Shown here one piece after another: positions 28,263 through 38,205 of a stretch of DNA of 64,000 bases. The notes under the pieces were generated by a model that saw only the letters and a list, made by a program, of their open reading frames with translations, did not search any database and had not been told where the DNA came from. The DNA comes from a virus (lineage: Duplodnaviria > Caudoviricetes): IMG/VR virus record IMGVR_UViG_2687453119_000006, positions 50,544 through 114,543 of that record; one strand, given 5' to 3'. Both the position numbers and the translations under genes were made by a program. Numbering within the stretch: position 1 is the first letter of the stretch; each line of letters opens with the position of its first letter.

Positions 28263-28538
28263 ATGCCGAAATACACCGCTGACGTCGCCTTCTGGCACAA
28301 GGGCAACCTTGTCCCGGTCGGCGGCACGGTCTCGATGACGAAGGTCGAGGCGAAGTATCTCAAGGGCAAGGTGACCGAAGTCGTTCGGACCGCGCCCGCA
28401 ACTCCTGCGCCGGCGGTGGAAGAGCCCAAGGCCGAGGCGCCGGCGCTCGGCGCCGCTGTCGTCGAGCATCCCAATCCGCGTCCCCACAAGAAGCGCAAGG
28501 CTGAAGTGAAGGACGGCGATAATGGCGACGTCAACTGA
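28263..28538 (+). CDS. Small phage protein
   Basis: V.MT..EAKYL motif; position between GpV-like and GpW-like genes. Confidence 0.6.
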   Translation: MPKYTADVAFWHKGNLVPVGGTVSMTKVEAKYLKGKVTEVVRTAPATPAPAVEEPKAEAPALGAAVVEHPNPRPHKKRKAEVKDGDNGDVN

Positions 28539-28878
28539 GCATCTGATTGATATCGACCGCTACGCCGGGGAGTTGATCCAAGGCTGGGAGCGGATCAAGC
28601 AGAGCATCTTCGTGATCCTCACCACCAGGCTGCGCACTCGTCTGATGCGCCTGTGGTGGGGCTCCAAGTTCAACGAGATGCAGGACAAGCCCGGCAACGA
28701 GGAAGTCCTGATGAGCAGCATGATGGCTGCCATCTCGGCCATCAACACATACGAGCCGGAGTTCAAGGTGACGCGCGTCGTCATCGAGGACATGGGTCCT
28801 GACGGCCAAATCACCATCACGGTCGAAGGCGTCGATCTGGTGGACGAGGCGCTGCGCCGGCTCAAAACCACCATTTAA
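28522..28878 (+). CDS. Baseplate wedge, GpW/gp25-like
   Basis: IKQSI..ILTT...TR.MR..WGS, AI..YEP. Confidence 0.85.
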   Translation: MATSTEHLIDIDRYAGELIQGWERIKQSIFVILTTRLRTRLMRLWWGSKFNEMQDKPGNEEVLMSSMMAAISAINTYEPEFKVTRVVIEDMGPDGQITITVEGVDLVDEALRRLKTTI

Positions 28879-28888
28879 GCGAGGGTCA

Positions 28889-29758
28889 ATGCCGAGTTTC
28901 GAGTCACCCGCGCTGTACATCGACTTCGCGCGGCTGCCGCCGCCGCAGGTGATCGAGGAGATCGATTACGAGGTGCTCCTGAAGCGCTACCAGGCCAAGG
29001 TCCTGGAGCTGCGGCCGGAGCTGGCCGCCGCGATCGCGCTGGAGCAGTCGCCGACCAACGTCATTCTCGAAGCCGAGTCCTACGGCGAGATGATCGTCCG
29101 CGAGCGCATCAATGCCGCGGCTCGAGCCTGCATGCTGCCGTTCGCTACGGGGTCTGACCTCGAAGTGATCGGCGCCCGCTTCAATGTGCAGCGAATGGAA
29201 GGCGAGCTGGATCCTCGCCTCCGCCGACGAATTCAGCTCTCAATGGAGAGCTTCTCGACCGCGGGTAGCCCCGGGTCGTACATCTTCCACGCCCTGAGCG
29301 TTTCGACCCAGGTCAAGGACGTCTCTGCCGTCGCCGAGCGCGGAACGGGCAGGGTGACCGTCACGATCATGGCCGATGGCACCAACCCGGTGCCGAGTTC
29401 GACGCTTGTCGATGCCGTCTACGACCGATTGATGTCGGATGGCATCAAGCCGCTCACGGACGACATTAGGGTCCTACCGGTCACCAAGATCCCGGTGGAC
29501 CTTTCCGCCAACCTCACGCTCTACCCTGGCCCCGACGCTTCGCTGGTGATCGCCGACGTCAACAAGTCGCTCACCTCGCTGCGCAACCGCGTCAGTCAGA
29601 TCGGCATGGACCTGAAACGGTCCGCCGTCATCGCCGCCCTCACGCAGGAAGGCGTCCAGAACGTCGACATCGACTTCCTGGACGTCAACGTCGGGACGGG
29701 TGGTGTGGTCTGGATCAACTCGGCCAGCGTGAACGTGTCCAGCATCCGCGAGGAGTAA
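28889..29758 (+). CDS. Baseplate assembly protein, GpJ-like
   Basis: IDF..LP.PQVIE..DYE, FATGSDL, STAG..GSY.FHA, PLTD. Confidence 0.92.
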   Translation: MPSFESPALYIDFARLPPPQVIEEIDYEVLLKRYQAKVLELRPELAAAIALEQSPTNVILEAESYGEMIVRERINAAARACMLPFATGSDLEVIGARFNVQRMEGELDPRLRRRIQLSMESFSTAGSPGSYIFHALSVSTQVKDVSAVAERGTGRVTVTIMADGTNPVPSSTLVDAVYDRLMSDGIKPLTDDIRVLPVTKIPVDLSANLTLYPGPDASLVIADVNKSLTSLRNRVSQIGMDLKRSAVIAALTQEGVQNVDIDFLDVNVGTGGVVWINSASVNVSSIREE

Positions 29759-29761
29759 TCC

Positions 29762-30994
29762 ATGGCCGAGCGCCTTATGGAACATGTCCTGGCGCCGAAC
29801 GCGACGATTTACGAGCGCGTCCTGGCCTCCCAGGTTGATCGGCTCCTGGCACTCGATACCGATCGGCTCCGCCGGCTCTGGGATCCTTACCGCTGTCACG
29901 TCGACGACCTGCCGTACCTGGCGTGGTCGTTCTCGGCGGACATCTGGGACACGAACTGGCCGGAGGCGAAGAAGCGCAAGGCTGTCGCCGATGCGATCGC
30001 GCACCACCGCCTGAAGGGTACGAAGGCCGGCATGGCCACGTACCTCGACCTGGTTGACTGTAATCTCGATGACCTGATCGTCCCGCCTGCGCGTGGCTAT
30101 CGGATTCCGGCCATGACGAACGACGAGTTCATGTCGTGGCTGGTGCATCTGCCGCAGATCAGGATTTACCCCTTCGTGATCCGCGATCCGGCCGGGCCGC
30201 GTGACTTCCGGATGCCGACTTACACCTTCCGGAACGATAACTTCCGCGAGAAGAGCATCGGCCCGAACATCTACGGCCGGAAGGCGTCGATCTACAAGAG
30301 CGGTGTCGAGGCCTTCGTCAAGCTGGAAGCGATGACCGAGTTCGGCGGCCAAGCCGTGGAGCGGGTCTACTTCGGCGATTTTGCAAGGCGGGACTATCAC
30401 ACCGATGGCTTCCGTGGTCACAAGTTCTACGAACTGACCGACGCGACCGACAACATCGTCACCGTTCGCATCAGCCAGGCCGCCTCCGACCTCGTGTCGC
30501 TGACGCCCGGTCTGACGCCGCAGGATGTCAAGCCGGTCCAGATCGCCGAGAAGCATATCGTCCAGCCGGCGACGACGTTCCGCGCTTACAACGCCTCGTT
30601 CCGCGGCAACGGCAATTTCCGTCGTGAGACGGACGCGGCGCACTGGATCTACGATCGAGTGGCGCTGCACAACAAGGCCGACCTGCCGTCAGGTCTGTCA
30701 GCCAAGTCTTATCGCGGTCACATGCGGTACGGCATCCCGGCCTACACGGCTCAGGCGACTGTTAGCGTTCCTCTGGTCCGCTCGAATGCCCAGGGCTTCG
30801 GTGGCCGCTTCCGCAACGGTTTCCGCGTCCCCACCGACATGAAGAAGCTCGACGACGCCTGCGGGGCGATCGTCACCGCCAAGCCACTCCGCGACACCGT
30901 CCTGGTCGACACGGTCACTCACCGCGTCGTCCGACTGAAGGACCGGCGAAAGCTGGGGACGTTCAAGCTCGGCGAAATCAGAAAGGTCGCCTGA
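29762..30994 (+). CDS. Tail protein, GpI-like, with extended C-terminus
   Basis: LWDP..C....LPYLAW..S.D.W...WPE..KR...H..KGT. Confidence 0.88.
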   Translation: MAERLMEHVLAPNATIYERVLASQVDRLLALDTDRLRRLWDPYRCHVDDLPYLAWSFSADIWDTNWPEAKKRKAVADAIAHHRLKGTKAGMATYLDLVDCNLDDLIVPPARGYRIPAMTNDEFMSWLVHLPQIRIYPFVIRDPAGPRDFRMPTYTFRNDNFREKSIGPNIYGRKASIYKSGVEAFVKLEAMTEFGGQAVERVYFGDFARRDYHTDGFRGHKFYELTDATDNIVTVRISQAASDLVSLTPGLTPQDVKPVQIAEKHIVQPATTFRAYNASFRGNGNFRRETDAAHWIYDRVALHNKADLPSGLSAKSYRGHMRYGIPAYTAQATVSVPLVRSNAQGFGGRFRNGFRVPTDMKKLDDACGAIVTAKPLRDTVLVDTVTHRVVRLKDRRKLGTFKLGEIRKVA

Positions 30995-31014
30995 GGCGGC
31001 TCCCAGGAGAAAAT

Positions 31015-33273
31015 ATGGAAAACAAGATCATCTTTCATGCGAACATCGATGATGATCCTACGGACTTCACCCGTCTGCAGGACTTCGCCGAGGCCTCGCT
31101 CGACCACGTCGTCCTCGACGGCATCAGCGACCTGACGAAGTACACCGGCTTCGGTGTGACCAAGTCCGCGGTCACCCAGATTTCGGTTGCTCCGGGTCGC
31201 CTCTATTCGGCCGGCAAGGTCTACAGTTCGGGCTCGACCGCGTGGTCCAAGGACTTCATCACCCAGCTCCCCGTTGCCGGCAAGAAGATCGCCTGCATCG
31301 TGTCCTGGGGTTCGGAGTCGGACACGGACGTGCGTCCGCGTCAGTTCCTGATCAACGCTGAGACCCGTCAGGCCGAGCCGCAGGCTGTGCCACTGGTTCA
31401 CGCCCGCGTGGCGAACCTGAACGTGGTCATCGGCAACGAAGCGCCCGATCCGGTCGCTCCGCTGGTCGACGTCGGCTACACGGTCATCGCGCAGGTCGTC
31501 CTGACGCCGACCGGTGTCGACACGATCAAGATGATCGAGGACAACAAGCTTCCGAGCGTTCAGCGCCATGAAGAGCGCATCATCGACCTCGAGACGTTCG
31601 AGGAGACCGCCGGCCTCCAGATCAAGACCCTGTCAACGGACATCGCCGCGCTCAAGCAGGCGGCGAACCGCGGCGAGGTCGACCAGGCCACCATGGGTCG
31701 CACCCTGACCCGATTGGCGGTGCTCGAGTCCAAGAACGGCGTCCTCTACACGGCGATCGATTCAAGCGCGAACTTCTTCCTCGACCATTCGAAGTCGAAG
31801 CTCGACGACCCGCTGTCGCACGCGAAGGTCGAAGAGGGTATCCGTATGCCAGCGGCGGCCGAAGGGGTGTCCGCGCTCAGCATCTTCAATCCGCTGGATC
31901 CGAACGCCACGATCAAGAATGGCCTCATGCTCCCGTCCTACACCCGGGAAGCCTGGCTGCAGTCTGGCAGCATCAGCGGCGAGGTGCAGGTTGCCGCATA
32001 TTCCGTGTCGTCCTTCGACATGGTGCAGAAGACGATCGCGCGTCAGCGCATCCGTTACGGCAACGAGTTCATCGTCTGTACGAACAGCCTTTGGTGGCAG
32101 ACCGGACAGTTCGACGGCGTCAGCCGCTTCTTCCGTGCCGGTGAGATCTACGAGGTCCTGAACCCTGGCGAGGCTTGGGGTCACAGCTGGATGCGCGTGC
32201 GCCAGATCTGGATCGACACTTACGACGAAGCGTACTGGGACAAGATCACGACCACCACCACGGTGACCGGCACCCAGATCGCTGAGACTTGGCTCCAAGG
32301 CCAGAACATGTGGCTCGACGCTGTAGGCGTCTGCTTCACCCGTCTGGCGGCGTCCGGCTCAGCGCACATCGCAATCGTCGAGGTGTCTGACTATGGCTTG
32401 CCGAACCTGAAGCAGTGTATCGCCCAGACCACGCTGCTCCGCGAGAACATGAAGCTCAATGCGGAGACGGTGGTTCCGCTGCAACCGACCTATCTCTCGG
32501 CTGGTAAGCGGTACGCGCTGGTCATCACCACTGCGGCCGACCACTGGGTCGCTGTCGTTCCTGGCCAGCAGTTCACGCAGGGCACGTTCTTCTACGTTCT
32601 CGACGGCGCCTATGCGCAGGGCGATGCGTTCAAGGACCTCTGGATGCGTCTGTACCGCTGCAAATTCAACACGGCCCGTGCGGTCATCACGTTGAACCCG
32701 TTGCAGCTGCCTGGTGGCATCCTGGCGATCGATCTGATCGCCGGCACGATCATCCCGGATGGCACGTCGCTGACGTACGAGATCCAGGTTGGCTCACAAT
32801 GGTTCAACCTGATCGACGTCGACAAGTACATGCTTGGACAGGGCGGCACGATCCCGCCGCTGCTGCCTCTGCGGGCCGTCTACATGGGCTCGGTCGACTG
32901 TATGCCGGGGCTCAACCTCATCGATAGCTCGGTCCATGTGTCTCGGCCGGACGTCTACGCACAGCACGTCACCACGACGCGCACGCTGCCGGCTCCGTCG
33001 ACGCAGATCCGGGTCATCGAGCGGTATGAGGGCTTCGATCCGATCTACCACACCGCGAGCTGCAAGCTGCTCACGGGTGCGCCTGGCTTCGGAACGCAGG
33101 TCTCTCCGTCCAGCGTGTCGACCTTCATCGACCCCAACGACGGCGCATACGAGCGAACCTACGTGTTCAACCTCGGCGCTGCGGTCACGCAGTACCGAGT
33201 CCTGACGCGAACCGACACCTCGACCAACCAGCGTGTGTTCCACGTCGGTTGGCAGAAGGACTACGCGCTGTAA
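31015..33273 (+). CDS. Large baseplate/tail structural protein
   Basis: 752-aa beta-rich ORF within the tail operon. Confidence 0.7.
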   Translation: MENKIIFHANIDDDPTDFTRLQDFAEASLDHVVLDGISDLTKYTGFGVTKSAVTQISVAPGRLYSAGKVYSSGSTAWSKDFITQLPVAGKKIACIVSWGSESDTDVRPRQFLINAETRQAEPQAVPLVHARVANLNVVIGNEAPDPVAPLVDVGYTVIAQVVLTPTGVDTIKMIEDNKLPSVQRHEERIIDLETFEETAGLQIKTLSTDIAALKQAANRGEVDQATMGRTLTRLAVLESKNGVLYTAIDSSANFFLDHSKSKLDDPLSHAKVEEGIRMPAAAEGVSALSIFNPLDPNATIKNGLMLPSYTREAWLQSGSISGEVQVAAYSVSSFDMVQKTIARQRIRYGNEFIVCTNSLWWQTGQFDGVSRFFRAGEIYEVLNPGEAWGHSWMRVRQIWIDTYDEAYWDKITTTTTVTGTQIAETWLQGQNMWLDAVGVCFTRLAASGSAHIAIVEVSDYGLPNLKQCIAQTTLLRENMKLNAETVVPLQPTYLSAGKRYALVITTAADHWVAVVPGQQFTQGTFFYVLDGAYAQGDAFKDLWMRLYRCKFNTARAVITLNPLQLPGGILAIDLIAGTIIPDGTSLTYEIQVGSQWFNLIDVDKYMLGQGGTIPPLLPLRAVYMGSVDCMPGLNLIDSSVHVSRPDVYAQHVTTTRTLPAPSTQIRVIERYEGFDPIYHTASCKLLTGAPGFGTQVSPSSVSTFIDPNDGAYERTYVFNLGAAVTQYRVLTRTDTSTNQRVFHVGWQKDYAL

Positions 33274-33291
33274 GCGCAGAAAGAACCGTCA

Positions 33292-33507
33292 ATGGCAAAA
33301 GCAAAGAACGCGGCCACCGAAGAGGTGGTCGCGGTGGAGCCGCAGGCTCCCGAACCGGCTCCGATCATGTATGAGGTGACCCTGAACGGTCGCTTCACTC
33401 ACATGGACTTTCCCTACCTGCCTTCGCATCACCACATCGTCGACAAGGCGATCTACGATGCGATGGTCGAAGCGGGGGTAGTTGCCGATGTCAAGCAACT
33501 TTCCTGA
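33292..33507 (+). CDS. Small hypothetical protein
   Basis: In-operon ORF. Confidence 0.6.
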   Translation: MAKAKNAATEEVVAVEPQAPEPAPIMYEVTLNGRFTHMDFPYLPSHHHIVDKAIYDAMVEAGVVADVKQLS

Positions 33508-35182
33508 GCTTGTATTCAGCGACGACGAAGACTTCACGGCAGATCGATTGAACTTGGCGATGCAGGTGCTTGATCAGCGCCTGCGTTCGCTGGAGCCTTT
33601 TTCTCCGAGCTGGGAGCAGGCAGTCAACGATCTGCGTCTGGTCGGACTCTCTCGACTGAACGACGCCATCCTGCCGGCGTATCAGCGCATCCAGCTGCTG
33701 TCCACGCTCGGCTTCCTGTTCGCTGGCTCGTCCAGCGAAGTCGCTCTTACCCAGGACATGACCGCGACGTTTGTCATTGACGACGAGACGGAAAAGTCCC
33801 TGTTCACCCCGACGCCATTCCTGGCGCTGACCCGCTCCTCGACGATAGATGACTATGCGATTGCGCAGTTGATCTCGTATGAGCAGGCGACCGGCACCTT
33901 GATGGTGAAGGTCAAATCGATCACCGGCAGCCCTGGTCCTTTCACGGACTGGCAGATCGGCGCCTGTGCGGCGTCAACCATCGCAGCGATGGCCTACTTC
34001 ACGCAGATCGATGCGGCCCGCAACGCAGCCAACGTTGCAAAGGCAGCAACAGCTGCCGACCGCGTACAGACCGGTCTCGACCGCATCCAGACGGGTGTGG
34101 ATCGGAATGCCGCGGCGCAGTCGGCTGTAGCAGCGTCTGCCTCTGCTGACCGAGCCGGCACCTGGGATCCGACCAACTACGCCCTCAAGTCGTATGTGGA
34201 CGGCAAGATCCAAGCGCTGGTCGGCACCGCGCCGGCCACCCTCGACACGCTCGCGGAAATCGCGGCGCAGATGCAGGCGGACGAGAGCGGCTTTGCCGCG
34301 CTGTCCACCACGGTCTCCGGCAAGCTGACGGCAACGCAGAACCTGAACGACCTGACCGACAAGGCACAGGCTCGCATCAATCTGGGCGTCACTTTCGCCA
34401 ACCCGACCAGCAAGTCGGGCCTAACGGCGGCGAACGGGTCGGCCGTTACCTACATGCGGTCTGATGCTGCTCCTGCGATCGACGTTTCGATCGCGCCGAC
34501 CTGGACCAACAAGCACATCTTCCAGTGGAACTCTGGAGCGACATACTGCATCAACGTCCAGACCTATGGCGGCTTGACCATCTACGCGCCGGACCAGGGC
34601 TCGGCGTTCATGACGTTCCATCGCGGCGCATACGCGAGCCAGTTTGGGCTCGACGGTGACAACTACTACCGATGGGGTGGTTGGTCGGATGGTGCTGGCG
34701 GAGTCCGTATGTACCTGAGCCCTGGTGGCTTGTTGTACAGTGCAGGTTACGGCGCCTCGACGACGCCTGTTGGTGGTCAGGTGCGCGCGGCCGGCGACAT
34801 CATCTACGGCCTGTCGGATCAACGTCTGAAGGACGACATCCAGATCATTGAAGATGCTCTGGAGAAGATCGACCAGCTCGATGGCGTCACCTGGGTTCAG
34901 AGCGATCTGGCCCGCGAGGTTGGTGCACCGGTTCAAGACCGTCGCAAGGCCGGTCTGTTGGCGCAGCAGCTGGAGAAGGTTCTGCCCGAAGCGGTCGGCC
35001 TGGCTCCGTTCGACACGAACAAGCTGATGAAGAGCCGTACGGGCTTGAACCTGCTGAACATCCAGTACGAGCAGGTTTCTGGTCTGCTGGTGGAAGGCAT
35101 CAAGGCGCTGAAGCGCAAGAACGAGGCGCTCGAAGACCGAGTCGCACGACTCGAAGCGATCATCGAGAAGCTGGGGGTGTAA
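33488..35182 (+). CDS. Tail fibre with C-terminal S74 intramolecular chaperone domain
   Basis: AP.TLDTL.EIA motif, LSDQRLKDDI autocleavage motif, GLLAQQLEKVLPEAV, terminal coiled coil. Confidence 0.9.
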   Translation: MSSNFPELVFSDDEDFTADRLNLAMQVLDQRLRSLEPFSPSWEQAVNDLRLVGLSRLNDAILPAYQRIQLLSTLGFLFAGSSSEVALTQDMTATFVIDDETEKSLFTPTPFLALTRSSTIDDYAIAQLISYEQATGTLMVKVKSITGSPGPFTDWQIGACAASTIAAMAYFTQIDAARNAANVAKAATAADRVQTGLDRIQTGVDRNAAAQSAVAASASADRAGTWDPTNYALKSYVDGKIQALVGTAPATLDTLAEIAAQMQADESGFAALSTTVSGKLTATQNLNDLTDKAQARINLGVTFANPTSKSGLTAANGSAVTYMRSDAAPAIDVSIAPTWTNKHIFQWNSGATYCINVQTYGGLTIYAPDQGSAFMTFHRGAYASQFGLDGDNYYRWGGWSDGAGGVRMYLSPGGLLYSAGYGASTTPVGGQVRAAGDIIYGLSDQRLKDDIQIIEDALEKIDQLDGVTWVQSDLAREVGAPVQDRRKAGLLAQQLEKVLPEAVGLAPFDTNKLMKSRTGLNLLNIQYEQVSGLLVEGIKALKRKNEALEDRVARLEAIIEKLGV

Positions 35183-35183
35183 G

Positions 35184-35417
35184 ATGGCTGTTCCGTCATC
35201 TGGCGCTGTCGGCTTCTCGACCGTCAACTCCGTCTTCGGCTACGGCATCGCGATGAGCAGCTACGTCGGCCGGCCCTACTACTACTACGAAGTGAACTGG
35301 GGCGTTAGGTCCGGCACCTTCCCAGGCTCCAACTTCCCGATGTCTCTCTTCTACGGGAAATCCAACCACGACGAATGGAACTGCGCCTGCGCCTGCGCCT
35401 GCGCGTGCGGCAAGTGA
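35184..35417 (+). CDS. Putative fibre-tip protein / RiPP-like precursor with C-terminal (Cys-Ala)4-Cys
   Basis: 1 nt after the fibre stop; MAVPSSGA...MSLFYGKS N-domain then NHDEWNCACACACACGK. Confidence 0.8.
   Translation: MAVPSSGAVGFSTVNSVFGYGIAMSSYVGRPYYYYEVNWGVRSGTFPGSNFPMSLFYGKSNHDEWNCACACACACGK
35382..35408 (+). repeat. In-frame hexamer tandem repeat (TGCGCC)3 TGCGCG TGC
   Basis: Read directly; encodes CACACACAC. Confidence 0.9.
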
Positions 35418-35423
35418 GGATCA

Positions 35424-35744
35424 ATGACCAAGCCACCGAGCACCACCTTCAGCTACCGGATCAATCACTGGAGCAAGGACGGCTGGGCTCGAGTCGAGTA
35501 TCGGCACGAGACGCTCGGTAGCTTGGTCAAGCAGGTCTTCATCCCGCTGAACCATTCGGAAGAGGAGCAGCGTGGCGCCGTCATCATGCAGTTCCCCTGG
35601 CAATCCTTCCACGCCAGGTATCTTGAAATGTTGGCGCAGGCGGCTGCTCCGGCCCCCGCGGCAATGGAAGGACAATTCACGCACCGCATCGATCGTCCCA
35701 TGGAGGATCCGGTCGGTTTGCCCATGGAAACCCAAAAGGTGTAG
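35424..35744 (+). CDS. Hypothetical protein in the modification cassette
   Basis: GAGGA RBS; 6 nt after previous stop. Confidence 0.7.
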   Translation: MTKPPSTTFSYRINHWSKDGWARVEYRHETLGSLVKQVFIPLNHSEEEQRGAVIMQFPWQSFHARYLEMLAQAAAPAPAAMEGQFTHRIDRPMEDPVGLPMETQKV

Positions 35745-35746
35745 CG

Positions 35747-36292
35747 ATGCAGTTCAGGCGCATCCGTTTCGAGAACTTCACGATCACGATCTTCACGGCG
35801 CATGCCGGCGAAGAGAGGGTCTGTCCTCCGTCTGAACTAACCCGCGGCCTGACCGCGTCAGACGCTCCGGCCATCGCTCACCTGCTCGAAGGCAAGGATG
35901 ATGCTCGGCCGCTCCACACCATTCCGGTGTACACCAAGGGCGGCTTCGAGGCTCTCGGCGGCGATCACGCGCCGGACCCTCGCCCGGCTGGTAGCGGCGC
36001 CACTCAGTTCGTGAGGGGCATCGACAACTACAAGCTCCGCGCCACAGCGCCGGATAGCGAATATCACTGCATCACCCCGAAGAGCAAAGAGCCGGTGTTC
36101 TGGCAGCGCTCATTCGTCGGCGGGAAGGCCGGCGACACGTTCGAGGTTCTGCCCAACAGCTACCTCTACATCGCAGAGGGCAAGATCGAGCTGGCTCACC
36201 AGACGTTCGTCGGCCCCACGATGCTTGAGATCACCAAGCCGCACACGGCCAAGATCACCGATCCGGTGATGGGCGCCAAGCTCTGGCGCTGA
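35747..36292 (+). CDS. Hypothetical protein, cupin-like beta-barrel
   Basis: Beta-strand pattern (YHCITP, YLYIAEGKIEL); 2 nt spacing. Confidence 0.6.
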   Translation: MQFRRIRFENFTITIFTAHAGEERVCPPSELTRGLTASDAPAIAHLLEGKDDARPLHTIPVYTKGGFEALGGDHAPDPRPAGSGATQFVRGIDNYKLRATAPDSEYHCITPKSKEPVFWQRSFVGGKAGDTFEVLPNSYLYIAEGKIELAHQTFVGPTMLEITKPHTAKITDPVMGAKLWR

Positions 36293-36302
36293 AAGGAGCC
36301 CC

Positions 36303-36932
36303 ATGCCCACGATCCGCTTCCTGACGCCTGCCGACTTTGGCGATATGTGCGACATCATCGACAAGCACAGCAGCGGCATGGGCGCATGGTGCAACGATCC
36401 GACCGCCCCGGTGAAACCGAACTTCCGCCAGCTCGCGAAGGACCATGTGGACCTTTGCTTCGAGCAGGCTATGTCGAACTTCTGGGGCTATTTTGACGAC
36501 TCCGGCAAGCTCGTCGCCTGGGTCAACTTCACCCGATGGGCTGATCCGATCAACATCACCATCCGCTCCGTAATCGAAGATCCGGACGCCGACCTGCCGC
36601 GCCGCGATGGCGCTGTCTGGTCGGAAGCCGCGGTCGATCTGGCGAACTGGGGCATGGGGTACTTCTGGTCGGAGGGCGTCGAGAATTTCTGGTGCCGCAT
36701 GTATGCCGGCAAAGAGGATCGGCACATCTCGGATCACCCCAACTGCATGCTGACTCAATACCAGCGCGAAAGGGTCAAGTTCATCCGGGCCGGCGAGCAA
36801 CCGCCGCCCGAGTATCGCAGGGTCAGCTGGTCGCCGTTTGACGACGACACAGCGATCTATCGGTTCTCCGACACATTGCCGCTGCTGGCGTATCTCGAAA
36901 GTGCAAATGATCCGACTGGAAATGCTGAGTGA
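36303..36932 (+). CDS. GNAT-like fold protein
   Basis: IRFLTPADF..M..I start and WGYFDDSGKLVAW hairpin; AAGGAG RBS. Confidence 0.55.
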   Translation: MPTIRFLTPADFGDMCDIIDKHSSGMGAWCNDPTAPVKPNFRQLAKDHVDLCFEQAMSNFWGYFDDSGKLVAWVNFTRWADPINITIRSVIEDPDADLPRRDGAVWSEAAVDLANWGMGYFWSEGVENFWCRMYAGKEDRHISDHPNCMLTQYQRERVKFIRAGEQPPPEYRRVSWSPFDDDTAIYRFSDTLPLLAYLESANDPTGNAE

Positions 36933-38205
36933 GAACGGAGAGGTCGTGCCTCTGTTCTACGATCAGCACACCTCACGTCTGCTCGACAAGGACGGCTTCA
37001 AGGCCGTCGACTACACCAACAACCCGATGTATGACCCGGAGCCATCGCAGCGCCGGCCGTTCATCGCGGTGGACTACGATCAGCCAGGGCGCAAGGTCCG
37101 CGAGGTCCGGAAGCTGAAGATCCAGCTCGGCCTCGGCTGCAACAAGTCCTGCTCATACTGCCTCCAGGCGATACAGGTTCAGAAGGCCGCGGCGACAAGC
37201 ACGCGGGATGCGTCGGTATTTCTGGCGAACATCGACGGCTGGATCGTCAACCCGGAGGGGATGGAGAAGGTCGAGCTGTGGGGTGGCGAGCCGCTGCTCT
37301 ACTGGAAGAAGATCGAGATCCTCGCCCCGGCGTTGATCGCGAAGTTCCCGAACGCTCAGTTCTCGATCATCACGAACGGCGAGCTGCTCACTCGAGAGAT
37401 CGTCGATCAGCTCAAGGCCTGGAATTTCTCTCTGACCATCAGCCATGATGGCCCGGGGCAGGCGGTAAGGGGAGACGACCCGTTCGAAGACCCTCACAAA
37501 TTTGCCATGATCCAGTACGCGCAGAAGACGTTTCATCCGCGCTTCTCGTTCAACGCTGTGCTCACCCCTAAGAGCCACGACGTCAACGCCATCATCGACT
37601 GGTTCCACGATTACTTCCCGGGCTGCAACGTCGGCTTCGAGGGAGTCGTTCACAGCTACGCCAGCGACCCGGCATCGATCTTCTCGATCGAGCAGCTGGC
37701 GCAGTTCAGCGACACGCTGTCCCGACAGCTGGCCGATGGATCGGCTCTCCGATCCCCCGCGATCATGGACAAGCTGCGCAGGTCGGTGAACTCGTTCGTC
37801 AATGAGCAGTCCTCGGAGACGCTGTTCCAGAAGTGCGGCATGGACATGCCGGAGTATCTGGCGGTCGACCTGAAGGGCAACGTCATGACCTGCCAGAACG
37901 TGGGCGCCAACGGCAACCACAAGATCGGGCACGTCAGCGACTTCGAGAACATCGCGCTCAACACCTCCAAGCACTGGAGCAAGCGCCCAGAGTGCCAGAG
38001 CTGCCCCGTGCTGCAGCTTTGCCAAGGCGCCTGCATGTACCAGGGAGGGGACAACTGGACGCACAGCTGCAACGCTGAGTTCTTCTACAACCTGGCCTTC
38101 TTCAGGGCCGCGCTCTTCATCCTCACGGGACGATGGCTGGTTGGTTTCAGCGGCGATATCGTGCGTCCGAAACTGAAGAAGGATCGCGATGTCGAAGTTC
38201 GCTGA
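36907..38205 (+). CDS. Radical SAM/SPASM domain enzyme
   Basis: CNKSCSYC (CX3CX2C), WGGEPLL, ITNG, ISHDG; SPASM cysteines KCG...TCQ...CQSCPVLQLCQGAC...SC. Confidence 0.95.
   Translation: MIRLEMLSENGEVVPLFYDQHTSRLLDKDGFKAVDYTNNPMYDPEPSQRRPFIAVDYDQPGRKVREVRKLKIQLGLGCNKSCSYCLQAIQVQKAAATSTRDASVFLANIDGWIVNPEGMEKVELWGGEPLLYWKKIEILAPALIAKFPNAQFSIITNGELLTREIVDQLKAWNFSLTISHDGPGQAVRGDDPFEDPHKFAMIQYAQKTFHPRFSFNAVLTPKSHDVNAIIDWFHDYFPGCNVGFEGVVHSYASDPASIFSIEQLAQFSDTLSRQLADGSALRSPAIMDKLRRSVNSFVNEQSSETLFQKCGMDMPEYLAVDLKGNVMTCQNVGANGNHKIGHVSDFENIALNTSKHWSKRPECQSCPVLQLCQGACMYQGGDNWTHSCNAEFFYNLAFFRAALFILTGRWLVGFSGDIVRPKLKKDRDVEVR

Noticed and set aside
33488-35417. Diversity-generating retroelement or invertible tail-fibre switch
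   Set aside because: No reverse transcriptase, template repeat, invertase or inverted fibre copy seen in the window
36907-38205. rSAM enzyme as an anaerobic sulfatase maturase, PqqE or QueE-type DNA modification enzyme
   Set aside because: No sulfatase, pqq or que/dpd genes nearby; an adjacent Cys-rich small protein is the more economical substrate, though unproven
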